A DNA stretch of 64,000 bases from an uncultured Methanomassiliicoccales archaeon (GCA_963695345.1 OY968769.1:1-64000), one strand, 5' to 3'; shown: positions 1 through 12,154, counted from the stretch's first letter. Translations and numbers: made by a program. Notes: generated by a model from the sequence alone, not told the origin.

Positions 1-188
1 GACACCGATTAAAAGAACTTTCCCTAAAATGTCCACTGGATGAGATTAATGGTCGCCGGGGCAGACCTCGCCTTGCTGGTGCTCATTGCTTGAGATTTTT
101 CTTGCATAATGAAAAAATCATTAAATATATTTGACCTCACGATATTATTAAGATATGTCACGTGCTAGACAATAGCAGGGGGAAGAAT

Positions 189-2843
189 ATGCCAGTCGTT
201 AAAAAGAAGACGTCGTCTTTTTCGCGCGAGAGCGGTCCATCGACTACTGGAATTATTGACCCGGCCGTTAGGGCAGGGATAGTGCTGAAGATGCCCAAAG
301 GACCTCTCTATGTCGGATCGTACTATCAGGTGGGAGTGTCCATCGGAGGCAGGACAAGGGTCAGGTTCGAGGACCTTGGCTTCGAGATTCCGGGGGGACC
401 GGAAGGCGGCCTGGTATCCATGAGCAGGGACAATGACTTCGACCCGAAAAGACCCACCTTCATGCTTCTGGCTGGTTACAGGCCGGGGAAGTACATACTG
501 AACGTTACGAATCGTAAGACGGGGAAGACACTGGTAACGAAAAAGTTCGAGTTGGACGCCCTGTGGCCAACAGAGGAAAGGGGGCCGCCGCGATGGTTCA
601 CCGGGATCGTTCCCAACTTCCAGTCCGGTGCGGCTTGGGGAGGGGGACCGGCCGATGTCCAGAATTTCAACATCGTTCCGGCCACCGGCACCCGGAGGAT
701 CGCGATCCTGCTGGTCGATACGAGCTCGCAACGGTTCACCACCGATGCTACCGCCCTCAAGGGCCATCGCGACCGATGGCTGAACGAGGTTTTCAACGGG
801 GTGAACGACGCAGGGGTCACCAGGAGCAGCAGGGCTTTCTACAGGGAGGTGTCCTACAATAATTTCGACCTCTCTGCCCAGGTATTCGGACCGGTGCACC
901 TGCCGGGAACTTGGGATGATTACTTCAACTCCGATGGCTCCCCCAAGGGGGCTTACTATCAGGCGTGCTTCACGGCCGGGGACGACGACATAGACTTCAA
1001 TAAATTCGATACCCTCCTCTGTGTCTCCCAGTCGGTGACATCCCCCTCAACGAAATCAGCCTGGCCCTACGCCTCCATAGGAGGGAATTGGGGGCCCTAC
1101 ACCACCGCTGAGGGATTCAAGAACTACGGTGTCATCTCCATGCCCAACGAATGGGGGACGACCAACTCACGTGAGATCTTCGAAACATTCTCCCACGAGC
1201 TGGGGCACAATCTGGGACTGGGAGACCTCTACAATCCGGGCGTCCCGGGGCGCAATCTGGAGGCGTGGGACATGATGGACACGGACGACGCCTATCCTCA
1301 CTTCTCGCTCGCCTACCGCCTCATGCTCGGTTGGGTGCAGCCAAGTTGGATCAGGAAGTACAATTTCGCGTCAATGGCGGCACCCGTGGATGAGAAGGTC
1401 GTCCTCAACCCCATCGAGAAGGGCAGCCCACCCGCCGGACGCTCGGCAGGGATCGAGATCCGTTTGGCGGACGGCTGGAACTACTATCTGGAATATCGCG
1501 TCTCCCAGTCGACCCAGATCGCAGACCGGCAATTGCCAGTCAACGACCGGGTCCTCGGGACGGACGTCGTTTCCGCCCCCTATTCCGCCCCCATCTCCCG
1601 TCCGACCATCCTGCTCCTGAACAACGACATCGACGGGGACGGGGCGGTCCTGGGCAATGGAAAGGACTATGAGGAGACCGATACCACTGATCCTGTATAC
1701 CCTACAGACTTCAGGGTGGAGGTTAGCGGTGCGAACGGGAACAAGGCGGATGTCCAGATCAGATACGGCGTCAACAGCCGTCCCGACCCCTCGATCAGAC
1801 CATGGCCGGCCGGACCCGACAGGCAATGGCAGAGCCCGGACATCGAGGTCCGGAACGCCAGGAACCAGACGGACCCCGCCTGGTTCAATGTTCCCTGGGT
1901 CGGCAACAGCAACACCATCGTGGCATCCGTGAAGAACAACGGAGGCCTTGATGCGCCATCGGTGCGGGCCAACTTCTATGTGAAGAACTTCAACGTGGGC
2001 GGAGCACCGGAGACGTTCCTGGGATTCGATCAGAAGGACATCCCCAAGGGAGGCACGGTCCAATTCACATGCAGTGTGCCCTGGGTCCCCCCGAGCGAGG
2101 GGCACTACTGCGTCATCGTCAGGATCCCGCTCTACCAGCATCCTAACGATCCGTCCGTGGTGGAGATGACGGAATTGAACAATGTCGCTCAAACGAACTA
2201 TGACCGGTTCATCTCCGCGACATCCTCTCCGCCGAGAAGGGAAATGACCAGCGTCGAGGTGGGCAACCCCTATCCCAGGCGTACCCGGGTGTTCATCACC
2301 GCGGGGCATAGCAATCCATTGTACCGGACCTACCTGGAGCAGGCATGGGTCTATCTAGATCCCGGTGAGACGAGGAAGATAAGGGTGATGTTCGAGTTTG
2401 CACCCGACAACCTCTCGAACGGCATTTACCCCTTGGAGAACGTCAAGAAGTACCGGGAGATATACCAAAGAGCCCCCAACAAGGTTGGCTCGACATCGTT
2501 CATCGACGACCCCCGGACGGTGAACCGCGACTGCCCGCAGGTCCTCGGAGGGGTTCAGATCGAAGTGGTGACAGGACGTGCGACCCGGATCCAGAGCTTC
2601 ATTTCGAAGGAAGGGAACATCCGAGGGACGGTGGTAACGATGGACGATGGGACTAAGGTGCCAGGGGGTGACATACTCCTTCGGATCGATGAGGACGGCA
2701 GCGGGAGAACGTTCGAATACCAGCCGGCCAAGATGAAGAACGGTTCATTCTCCGCTCGGGTGAAGAAAAAAGGGACTGTGACTGCTTTCTACATACCGTT
2801 GAGCGGCTATGGGGAGTGCTCGAGCGAGAGCGTGAAGATCTGA
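189..2843 (+). CDS. M6 family (immune inhibitor A-like) zinc metalloprotease with C-terminal CARDB/Ig-like domains
   Basis: HELGHNLGLGDLY zinc motif followed by WDMM Met-turn; M6-like FYREVSYNNFDL segment; C-terminal 'SPDIEVRN...VASVKNNG...HYCVIVRI...ELNNVAQTN' CARDB-like domain; ATG 189 preferred over GTG 162. Confidence 0.85.
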   Translation: MPVVKKKTSSFSRESGPSTTGIIDPAVRAGIVLKMPKGPLYVGSYYQVGVSIGGRTRVRFEDLGFEIPGGPEGGLVSMSRDNDFDPKRPTFMLLAGYRPGKYILNVTNRKTGKTLVTKKFELDALWPTEERGPPRWFTGIVPNFQSGAAWGGGPADVQNFNIVPATGTRRIAILLVDTSSQRFTTDATALKGHRDRWLNEVFNGVNDAGVTRSSRAFYREVSYNNFDLSAQVFGPVHLPGTWDDYFNSDGSPKGAYYQACFTAGDDDIDFNKFDTLLCVSQSVTSPSTKSAWPYASIGGNWGPYTTAEGFKNYGVISMPNEWGTTNSREIFETFSHELGHNLGLGDLYNPGVPGRNLEAWDMMDTDDAYPHFSLAYRLMLGWVQPSWIRKYNFASMAAPVDEKVVLNPIEKGSPPAGRSAGIEIRLADGWNYYLEYRVSQSTQIADRQLPVNDRVLGTDVVSAPYSAPISRPTILLLNNDIDGDGAVLGNGKDYEETDTTDPVYPTDFRVEVSGANGNKADVQIRYGVNSRPDPSIRPWPAGPDRQWQSPDIEVRNARNQTDPAWFNVPWVGNSNTIVASVKNNGGLDAPSVRANFYVKNFNVGGAPETFLGFDQKDIPKGGTVQFTCSVPWVPPSEGHYCVIVRIPLYQHPNDPSVVEMTELNNVAQTNYDRFISATSSPPRREMTSVEVGNPYPRRTRVFITAGHSNPLYRTYLEQAWVYLDPGETRKIRVMFEFAPDNLSNGIYPLENVKKYREIYQRAPNKVGSTSFIDDPRTVNRDCPQVLGGVQIEVVTGRATRIQSFISKEGNIRGTVVTMDDGTKVPGGDILLRIDEDGSGRTFEYQPAKMKNGSFSARVKKKGTVTAFYIPLSGYGECSSESVKI

Positions 2844-2935
2844 TCGACGGCCCTAAGGCGACAGCCCGGTTGATGGTTCCCGCTGAAAGGCGATGGTCTC
2901 CGTTCGTCTGTCAGGCATTGTTATGTAAGGCCGGA

Positions 2936-4900
<1,965 letters not shown>

Positions 4901-4985
4901 TTCAAAGTCCTCGGTCCGCGTAGGGTTCGGACGATAATAACCTTTTTGCGATGGGATAACAATGGCATAGAATTATGATAGAAGG

Positions 4986-5060
4986 AAAAAGGTTTGGGAA
5001 GGGCTAGCCTTGTCAGAAGGGATGGGATGCACTCTGAAAACTAGCCCAGACCTTCCCAAT
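4986..5060 (-). ncRNA. Candidate small structured RNA
   Basis: Long hairpin 4994-5059; TATA-like TATAAATA (minus strand) at 5080-5087; T-run directly after the hairpin. Confidence 0.45.
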
Positions 5061-5187
5061 ACTACTATCTATTAGTGAATATTTATAGCTTTCTTAAATT
5101 TAGGTGGATCCCGATAATAACGATCGCATAGTTTCCACTGACACGCTGGATATAAATAAAAAAGGATGGGATGGAAGGGGTTTCGGC

Positions 5188-6059
5188 TTATAGGTAGCCG
5201 GACTTCTGAAGGGTCATCAGGTCTTCGGTGCTGAGCTTCTCGCCCTTCTTGAACTTGTCAAAGATCTCTTCCGACTCCTTCATGGCGGAGGATCTCGTCC
5301 TTCTTCTTCCTCGCCTTGCGGGCCTTCTGCCTCAGGCCGGTGATGATCTTATCGTAGTCGTGCACCTGACGGATGGCCTCGATGTGCCTCTTGTGCTCAT
5401 CGTCGGCCTTGACCTTGGTCTCGATGAACTTCTCCTGCGACTCGTCGGCTTCCTTCCTCAGGGAGTCGGCCTTCTCGTAGAGCTGGATCATCGCGTCGTG
5501 TTCCGCCTGCGCCTTCTCGGCCAGTTCGCGAGACCAGCTTGTGCTGCGCCTCGGCCTGGTCCTTGGCCTCGCGGAGGTCATGGATCGCGCCCTTGACGTC
5601 GGAGTTCATCTCCAGGGACTTCTCGCGTTCCTTGATCTGCATCGATAGGGACTTCATCAGGTCGACCAGTTCCTTCTCCTTCTCCTTGGTGAGGGAAGAG
5701 GTCATCTGCTTGAACTCGAGGGCCTTCAGGTCCTTCTTCATGCGCTGGACCGATGGTCCCTCATGAGGAATGGTGTCCTTCTTGAGCTTGGTAACGTTCT
5801 CGTTGAGCTCGTTGACCTTCTTGTTCCATTGGTCGCGGCTTTCCTTTGAAGCCTTGACCTGTTCGTTCAATGCGTCCCTAGTCTCGCGGTGCTTGGCCGC
5901 CTCTTCTACCAGTTCACGGACCTTTGCGTTCAGCTCATCTCTCTTTTGAACCCATTCTTTCGTCTTTTCGTTGAGTTCATCCCGGAGCCGCCTGTGCTTC
6001 TCCGCCTCGTTGTTGTTGAGCTGACGCTTCTGGTCGAGGTCCTCTAACAGTTCGGTCAT
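5188..6059 (-). CDS. Archaeal coiled-coil protein (COG1340-like), two frameshifts
   Basis: Heptad-rich E/K sequence; LEFKQMTSSLTKEKEKELV and terminal FDKFKKGEKLSTEDLMTLQK motifs; TAA at 5188-5190. Confidence 0.8.
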
Positions 6060-6171
6060 AAATCTCACTCTCAATTGTGCATTTGACAACTAAGGCGAGT
6101 TGGACATAATGCAGATTATTTATAACTCTTTCGATAAGCTTCGAGTTTCGTAACCCGAGCCAGCCAGACGG

Positions 6172-6582
6172 CTAACGTCCGTCCCCGGGGTCATCCTCGA
6201 GGTCGTCCTTGTCGTCATCGTTCAGGTTGTCCTCGCGGTGCTCGACGTCGATGTCGTGCCACCCGTCGTTCGGCGAGCCCAGCGTGCCGTCCTTCATCTG
6301 GAACCGGACCTTGAGCTTGCCCTCCTCGTAGAAGACCGTGGCGCTCTTGACCATCGAGACGTAGTAGTTGACCCGTTTGCCGTTCTTGGTGAGCTTGCGT
6401 TCCGTGCACAGCACCAGACCGGCCGCCTCCAGGTCCCTTATCCGCCGGTAGCAGGCGGCGATCGGGATCCCGAACTGCACGGATATGTCCTGGGCGCACT
6501 TGGCCACCCTCACAGTGGCCACCAGTATCTTGACCGCGTACGGGTCTGTGAGAAGCTGGGAAGCGCTCAGGAGGTCTACCAT
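6172..6582 (-). CDS. ArsR-like winged-helix protein with acidic tail
   Basis: AQDISVQFGIPIAACYRRIRDLEAAGLV HTH followed by a wing. Confidence 0.8.
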   Translation of the reverse strand: MVDLLSASQLLTDPYAVKILVATVRVAKCAQDISVQFGIPIAACYRRIRDLEAAGLVLCTERKLTKNGKRVNYYVSMVKSATVFYEEGKLKVRFQMKDGTLGSPNDGWHDIDVEHREDNLNDDDKDDLEDDPGDGR

Positions 6583-6754
6583 TTGCAGTCACCAATCGCA
6601 GGTTGAGAATAAAAAACCGGCAGGCATCTTTTCGGGTAATGGAAATCTTGACCCTCGTTGCCAGGGGTCGTCCTGGCCGAGGCGTTGGACCGCATTCCCG
6701 TGCCTTGAATGACCCCTGATGGGCTCATCATGCTTCCTTCTCATGATCGTCGCC

Positions 6755-8377
6755 TCAGACCAACGGCATCAGCCTGGGGCATTCCCGGTCGCCCACGATC
6801 TCGATCTCCAGATGGTAGTAGGGCGTGTAGGGTTTCTGACCGCACATCAGCACGGTCCCGTTGATGCTTTCCAGTTTGAGATGCATCGTGGCCTGGTTGG
6901 CCAGATGCGGCAGGGATTTGCTTATCGGGGTCGCCTCGGCGACCACCAGGTGCCCGCCCCTCCTCATGGCGTCGATGTGATGGAACGTCTGCGGCAGGAC
7001 ATCTCCCCCGTAGGTCGCCTCCATCGAGTCGAACCCCAGTATCGACAGGTAGGGGGCCGATGATTTGCTGAGCATGTACTTGAGCGAGTCCCAGCGCAGG
7101 TCGTGGGAGGCGTCCGTCCCTTCGATGGCCCGCAGGAACGGGTATCCGTTGGTTGAGGTGTTGCTAGTATCCAGAATGTTCAGGCCGTCGTTCATCGACG
7201 GTTTCTCCAGTTTGCTGAGCACCCTCTTCTGCACGTCCTCATAGTCGAGCGAGTAGAGCGGGTTCCACACCAGGCCCCGGCCCTTGGAGAGGTGGTCCAC
7301 GATGATGCAGGTCTCGAGCCACTGCACGGTGCTCTGCGGCACTCCCTGGTCGATCTCGATGAGGGCCATGCCTCCCCGGGGAAGGCCTCCCATGACCTTG
7401 TCCAGGGCGGTGCAGCCGAACGATATCGTCCGAGGGTCCGGATCGGGCACGATGACGTGCTTGCCCTTGGCCGTCGGCAGGACCTCGCTCTCCTGGTCGA
7501 AGACACTGAGCCGGCCGCCCTGCAGCGTGAACATGTACTTCCAGCGGTGTATGCTTCCGCCGCGCAGCTTCTCGATGATCAGCTGCCTGACCCGCCTCCC
7601 TCCGCGCTCGTCGGAGTCGAGGATCAGAACCCCGTCACCCAGGTAGTCCATGATGGATTTCCCGGAGGTCTCCAGTACGTATATGATGTTGGTATCGGAA
7701 TGCTCCACCAGGTCCTTCTGCAGCACGTTCATGATGCGCTGCGCGCTTATGCCGTAGATCTCCGAGAGCGCCTCGATCGAGTCCAGGATGATCAGGGACC
7801 GCTTCGGCAGGTTGTTCTCGGTGATGTCATAGGCAAGTTCCAGCTCGGGCAGCATGGTGCCGATGTCCAGTATCAGCGAGCCGTCCGGCGCGATGACGTT
7901 GTAATCGTCCTCGTCCTCGTGGTCTATCTCGCCCGCCTCGACCTGGCCCTCGAGCTTGTTAAGTTCGGTCCTGACGACCGAGGGATTCGAATCGGTGATG
8001 GTCAGCGCCCGGAGGAGGTTCTTGGTCGCCTTCAGGGTGGCATCCTGCTTCGGGTTGTAGTCTTCCTTTTCCAGGGCGGTGGTCGTCTTCTTCAGGAAGG
8101 CCTTGCCCGCCTTGAGGATCTCGTTCCGTTTCGCCTTCTCCCTCAGCCAGGGGAACTGGCGGAAGAGCGCCTCGTCCGAGACGCGCATGGACAGGTAGTA
8201 TTCTGGCTGTTCCTGGGACAGTTCCTCTATCAGCTGAAGGGCGAAGGTGGTCTTGCCAGTTCCCGCATCTCCCTTGATGATCAGGGAGTGCCCACCAGGT
8301 GACCTGAAGAAGTCCAGTACCTCTTTGGGTATCCTCCCATTGCCAGTATCAGCGCACAATCGAACCACTCGGAGCAA
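6755..8377 (-). CDS. GvpD-like KaiC/RecA-superfamily ATPase (second domain degenerate)
   Basis: IPKEVLDFF..GHSLIIKGDAGTGKT Walker A, ILDS Walker B, DYLGDGV, IEKLRG; the second RecA-like domain lacks Walker A; exact start uncertain. Confidence 0.82.
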   Translation of the reverse strand: MLRVVRLCADTGNGRIPKEVLDFFRSPGGHSLIIKGDAGTGKTTFALQLIEELSQEQPEYYLSMRVSDEALFRQFPWLREKAKRNEILKAGKAFLKKTTTALEKEDYNPKQDATLKATKNLLRALTITDSNPSVVRTELNKLEGQVEAGEIDHEDEDDYNVIAPDGSLILDIGTMLPELELAYDITENNLPKRSLIILDSIEALSEIYGISAQRIMNVLQKDLVEHSDTNIIYVLETSGKSIMDYLGDGVLILDSDERGGRRVRQLIIEKLRGGSIHRWKYMFTLQGGRLSVFDQESEVLPTAKGKHVIVPDPDPRTISFGCTALDKVMGGLPRGGMALIEIDQGVPQSTVQWLETCIIVDHLSKGRGLVWNPLYSLDYEDVQKRVLSKLEKPSMNDGLNILDTSNTSTNGYPFLRAIEGTDASHDLRWDSLKYMLSKSSAPYLSILGFDSMEATYGGDVLPQTFHHIDAMRRGGHLVVAEATPISKSLPHLANQATMHLKLESINGTVLMCGQKPYTPYYHLEIEIVGDRECPRLMPLV

Positions 8378-8557
8378 GAACCTACTCGACGCACTTAAAG
8401 CTTACCCGCTTATTCTCAGTCCAGCTAATGAAAACAGTCGGCGGGCGATAAGGTTCCCTATCCGGATAGAGATGGCGCATTTCGATGGCCGGGCCCGACA
8501 AGGTTTTATGCGGAGTCGGGCATAGCACCTGTCTATTAGCTACACGGAGCTGAACTG

Positions 8558-9937
8558 ATGCTTCTTTGCCCTTTGGACTACCGCTACGGGCGCGCCGAGA
8601 TGAAGATGATATTCACCGAGGAGAACCGTCTCCTCACCCAACTTAAGGTAGAGGCGGCCCTGGCCCGGGCGCACGCCAAGCTGGGCAACATACCGAAGGC
8701 GGCCGCCGCCGAGATCACCGCGAAGGCCGACCTTGAGTTCGTCAGACCGGAACGGGTCAAGGAGATCGAGGACGAGACCAAGCACGACGTCATGGCCATG
8801 GTCCGTTCGCTGTCCGAGCAGTGCTCCGCCGAGGCCGGGCGCTACGTGCACCTGGGGGCGACGTCCAACGACATCGTCGACACCGCCTCCGCCATCCAGA
8901 TCTCCATGGCGCTGGACATCGTGGAGAGGGACGTCATCCACCTCATCGGAACGTTGGCCGGACTGGCGAAGGAGCACCGCGACACCATCATGATGGGGCG
9001 GACCCACGGGCAGTTCGCCATCCCCACCACCTTCGGCTTCAAGATCGCCGGCTACATCACCGAGATGATGCGCTACCAGGAAAGGATTTCCGAGGCCCGG
9101 AAACGGCTGTGCGTGGGCAAGATGTCCGGGGCCATCGGGACCGGCGCAGCGCTCGGCTCCAAGGTGCTGGAGATCCAGGAACTGGTCATGAAGGACCTGG
9201 GCATAGGTATCGAGGAGGCGGCGACCCAGATCGTCTGCCGCGACCGCTACGCCGAGCTGGTCTCCATCATGGCCATGCTCGACACCTCCTGCGAACGTTA
9301 CGCCACCGAGGTCCGGAACCTGCAGCGCTCCGAGATCATGGAGGTGTCGGAAGCGTTCGACAACGAGAAGCAGGTGGGCAGTTCGACGATGGCGCAGAAG
9401 CGGAACCCGGTCATCTCCGAGAACCTGTGCGGCCTCACCCGCATCGCCCGGGCGTTCATCATACCGGCCATGGAGGACATGGTCCTGTGGCACGAGCGCG
9501 ACCTGACCAACTCCAGCGCGGAACGTTTCATCCTGCCGCACATCATGGTGCTGACCGACGACATCGTGACCAAGATGGACACGGTCTTCGCCGGACTGGT
9601 CGTGCACAGGGACAACATGCAGCGGAACCTCGATTCGTCCAAGGGGCTGATGATGGCCGAGCCGGTCATGATCTGCCTGGTGGGAAAGGGGTTGGGCCGT
9701 CAGGACGCGCACGAGATCGTGCGCCGGGCGAGCATGGCCGCCGAGGACCAGGGCAAGACCTTCAAGGAGATGCTCCTGAAGAACAAGGAGGTCAAGTCCA
9801 GGATCACCAGGGCGGAGCTGGACAAGGTCATGGACCCGGCGAACTACGTCGGAGTGGCGCCGCAGATCGTCGATTCGGTGGTCGCCAAGGCGGAAAAATT
9901 GATCACTTCAGGAAAGAAGGGCAAGAGATCGAAATGA
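8558..9937 (+). CDS. purB: Adenylosuccinate lyase
   Basis: HDVMA, HLGATSND, GRTHGQ, GSSTMAQKRNP signature, WHERDLTNSS. Confidence 0.97.
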   Translation: MLLCPLDYRYGRAEMKMIFTEENRLLTQLKVEAALARAHAKLGNIPKAAAAEITAKADLEFVRPERVKEIEDETKHDVMAMVRSLSEQCSAEAGRYVHLGATSNDIVDTASAIQISMALDIVERDVIHLIGTLAGLAKEHRDTIMMGRTHGQFAIPTTFGFKIAGYITEMMRYQERISEARKRLCVGKMSGAIGTGAALGSKVLEIQELVMKDLGIGIEEAATQIVCRDRYAELVSIMAMLDTSCERYATEVRNLQRSEIMEVSEAFDNEKQVGSSTMAQKRNPVISENLCGLTRIARAFIIPAMEDMVLWHERDLTNSSAERFILPHIMVLTDDIVTKMDTVFAGLVVHRDNMQRNLDSSKGLMMAEPVMICLVGKGLGRQDAHEIVRRASMAAEDQGKTFKEMLLKNKEVKSRITRAELDKVMDPANYVGVAPQIVDSVVAKAEKLITSGKKGKRSK

Positions 9938-10087
9938 GACCCGACCCGGCGTGCTGAATGTTATTCCTGATGCCCGCCCATCTCTTTCCTCACGCTTAGT
10001 AATAATTTCTAATGACATTTTTCCAGTCCGAATCCACCGGGCATAAATAGATATGCAGGACATCCGCCTCTAATAATCGGCCAATGA

Positions 10088-10918
10088 ATGACGTTTCCTG
10101 ACGCCTCCTACGAGATCCTCATCGTCGACGATGAGCCAGGCCTGTTGAACCTGGCTAGGATATTCCTTGAGATGGAGGAAGGCCTTAAGGTCACCACCGC
10201 CCTGTCGGCGGCTCAAGCATTGGAATTGATAGCTGCCAATCATTTTGACGCCATCGTCTCCGACTACCAGATGCCGGGGATGGATGGCATCGCTCTGCTC
10301 AAGGAAGTCAGGTCGAGGCATATCGGCGCGCCGTTCGTGCTCTTCACCGGAAGGGGCCGGGAGGACGTGGCCATCGCCGCATTGAACAGCGGGGCGGATT
10401 TCTATGTCCAGAAGGGCGGGGATCCGAAATCCCAGTTCGCCGAGCTATGGAACGCCATAAAGTACTCGATCCACCGGAAGGAGGCCGAGGAACTGGTGCA
10501 GAGCATTGTCAACAATGCCCCGCTCATGATCATGATCGTCGACAAGGAACGCCGCATCCAGACGTTCAACAAGGCGATGCTGGAGTTCACCAGGACGACC
10601 CCGGGGGAGCTGCTCGGACTGCGTTGCGGACCGGCATTCTCCTGCGTCCATTCCATAGAGAACAGCCAGGGATGCGGTTACAGCTCGCATTGCGACCAAT
10701 GCAGGCTATGGGGGGCCATCCAGAGGACGATCTCCGATGGCGAGCGATGCCTGCGGGTGGAGACGGACTTTTCCACGGGGGAGAAGGCGGACGCCAAGAT
10801 CATCCTCCTGGTCTCCACCGCTCCGATCAGAGCATACGGCAAGAAGCTGGCCCTGGTATTCCTGGAGGATTTCACCGGCTTTCCGGCGAAAACATCCGGC
10901 CAAGCACTCGACCTTTGA
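10088..10918 (+). CDS. Response regulator REC + Cys-rich PAS domain, no output domain
   Basis: ILIVDDE, SDYQMPGMDG, FTGRG, GADFYVQK; PAS with CGPAFSC..GCGYSSHCDQC. Confidence 0.88.
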   Translation: MTFPDASYEILIVDDEPGLLNLARIFLEMEEGLKVTTALSAAQALELIAANHFDAIVSDYQMPGMDGIALLKEVRSRHIGAPFVLFTGRGREDVAIAALNSGADFYVQKGGDPKSQFAELWNAIKYSIHRKEAEELVQSIVNNAPLMIMIVDKERRIQTFNKAMLEFTRTTPGELLGLRCGPAFSCVHSIENSQGCGYSSHCDQCRLWGAIQRTISDGERCLRVETDFSTGEKADAKIILLVSTAPIRAYGKKLALVFLEDFTGFPAKTSGQALDL

Positions 10919-11130
10919 CCATAACTGAACCCCTGTGCATACGGTGGCCATTTGTCATTTCAGGTCATGCTCTTACTATGTTCTGCCATCATTCTCAATC
11001 GGAGCCTGCCATGGGAGCCTTCTTGAGAATGAGAATCGAGTAAGGAATGATCGTTCCAAACTGGCAATTGAACGCTCGCCTCAAGTATGCTGGATGCGAG
11101 AGAAGATGGAATCCAGCATGGTTGCGGGTC

Positions 11131-11145
11131 AGAAACAATTATATC
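11131..11145 (+). promoter_or_regulatory. BRE/TATA promoter of tRNA-Ala
   Basis: AGAAACAA-TTATAT about 29-34 nt upstream of the tRNA 5' end. Confidence 0.55.
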
Positions 11146-11172
11146 CCAAGTAGTGTTCCCTGTTCGTACATT

Positions 11173-11247
11173 GGGCTGGTAGATCAGCGGAAGATCGCTG
11201 CCTTCGCAAGGCAGAAGCCGGGGGTTCGAATCCCCCCCAGTCCACCA
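11173..11247 (+). tRNA. tRNA-Ala (anticodon CGC), CCA encoded
   Basis: Acceptor GGGCTGG/CCAGTCC with G3:U70; anticodon arm CTGCC-TTCGCAA-GGCAG; T-loop GTTCGAATC; ends ACCA. Confidence 0.96.
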
Positions 11248-11303
11248 TTCTTCTGGCTAACCATGATTCCTCCCTTTTCTGGAAAATGATACTGGCTTGA
11301 TAT
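11237..11303. repeat. Direct repeat copy 1 (tRNA 3' end + integrase tail; att-like)
   Basis: ccagtccaccattcttctggctaacc...ggaaaatgatactggcttgatat, near-identical to 12820-12887. Confidence 0.92.
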
Positions 11304-11311
11304 CTTGCCAT

Positions 11312-11390
11312 CTTCCGAACGATTGCCATGATATGAGCATTTGAGCCTCAAGCCAGTCAGGTTTCTTGTAGTAAATCCTCTAGGGCCACA
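11312..11390 (+). repeat. Degenerate site R1
   Basis: attgcc(11322)-N23-agccagtcag(11351)-N13-aatc(11374). Confidence 0.8.
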
Positions 11391-11397
11391 ACTGCTA

Positions 11398-11961
11398 TCA
11401 TGTTCCCGTTTCGAGGGATGTATCGAGTTCTCTCAACTGAGGTATATTCGTGTCGACAAGTACAATCTTCCAGTTTCCGGGATGGGATCTTGAATCTTCT
11501 ATTCCTTCTATTTTCATCGATATGCCGTGATAAATCCAATCATTGGACAAATAGATACCATTACTATCCGAGTAGTGATCCGTGCTGAGTTCTCCCCATT
11601 TTGTGTCAATAGACTCTTTACCTAAATACTTCCAATTAGTCGAATCATGAGGATCCCAGGGGAAAATCGACACCTCATTAGAAATATTGTAGTAACTTGT
11701 AGAATTGGGACTATAATCGGATTGCTGCCATTCATAATAATCATAAGTTACCTCGTAAGATATGTTCGAAGAATTAACATCAAGGATATCGTATGTTATG
11801 GTATAATTCCCAATACCGCTATTCCAAATTTGATACTTTAAGAAATAACCGGCCTGGAGCGAGATCCTGTCGTCTTTTCCGTATAGAATGACACCGGCTC
11901 CGGCGATGACAACGATTGCGATGATAACTATGGCCAAGGCAACCATCAGTTTTCGGCTCAT
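11398..11961 (-). CDS. Membrane-anchored/secreted hypothetical protein
   Basis: N-terminal hydrophobic segment, Y/S/N-rich beta-type body, lower GC. Confidence 0.75.
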   Translation of the reverse strand: MSRKLMVALAIVIIAIVVIAGAGVILYGKDDRISLQAGYFLKYQIWNSGIGNYTITYDILDVNSSNISYEVTYDYYEWQQSDYSPNSTSYYNISNEVSIFPWDPHDSTNWKYLGKESIDTKWGELSTDHYSDSNGIYLSNDWIYHGISMKIEGIEDSRSHPGNWKIVLVDTNIPQLRELDTSLETGT

Positions 11962-12057
11962 CTCTGTTCCATTGATTTCCGAAATATATAGAGCATTTAC
12001 TCAATGAAGAATAAATAATCAGAAATGGTTTGCAGGGCACTTGCTTTATCTCTCCTG

Positions 12058-12146
12058 CTTCCGAGGGATTGCAGGTTATCCTGATAGGGGGCATTTCTGC
12101 CTCAAGCCATTCAGGTTCATTGTGGCAAATCTCTTCTGCCTACTAC
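12058..12146 (+). repeat. Degenerate site R2
   Basis: cttccgagggattgc...ctgatagggggcatttctgcctca-agccattcag(12105)-N13-aatc(12128); aligns with R1. Confidence 0.8.
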
Positions 12147-12154
12147 GTTTCTCA

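Noticed and set aside
10985-11120. Inverted repeats upstream of tRNA-Ala (attctcaa/ttgagaat; atgctggat/atccagcat)
   Set aside because: Short isolated hairpins with no supporting context.
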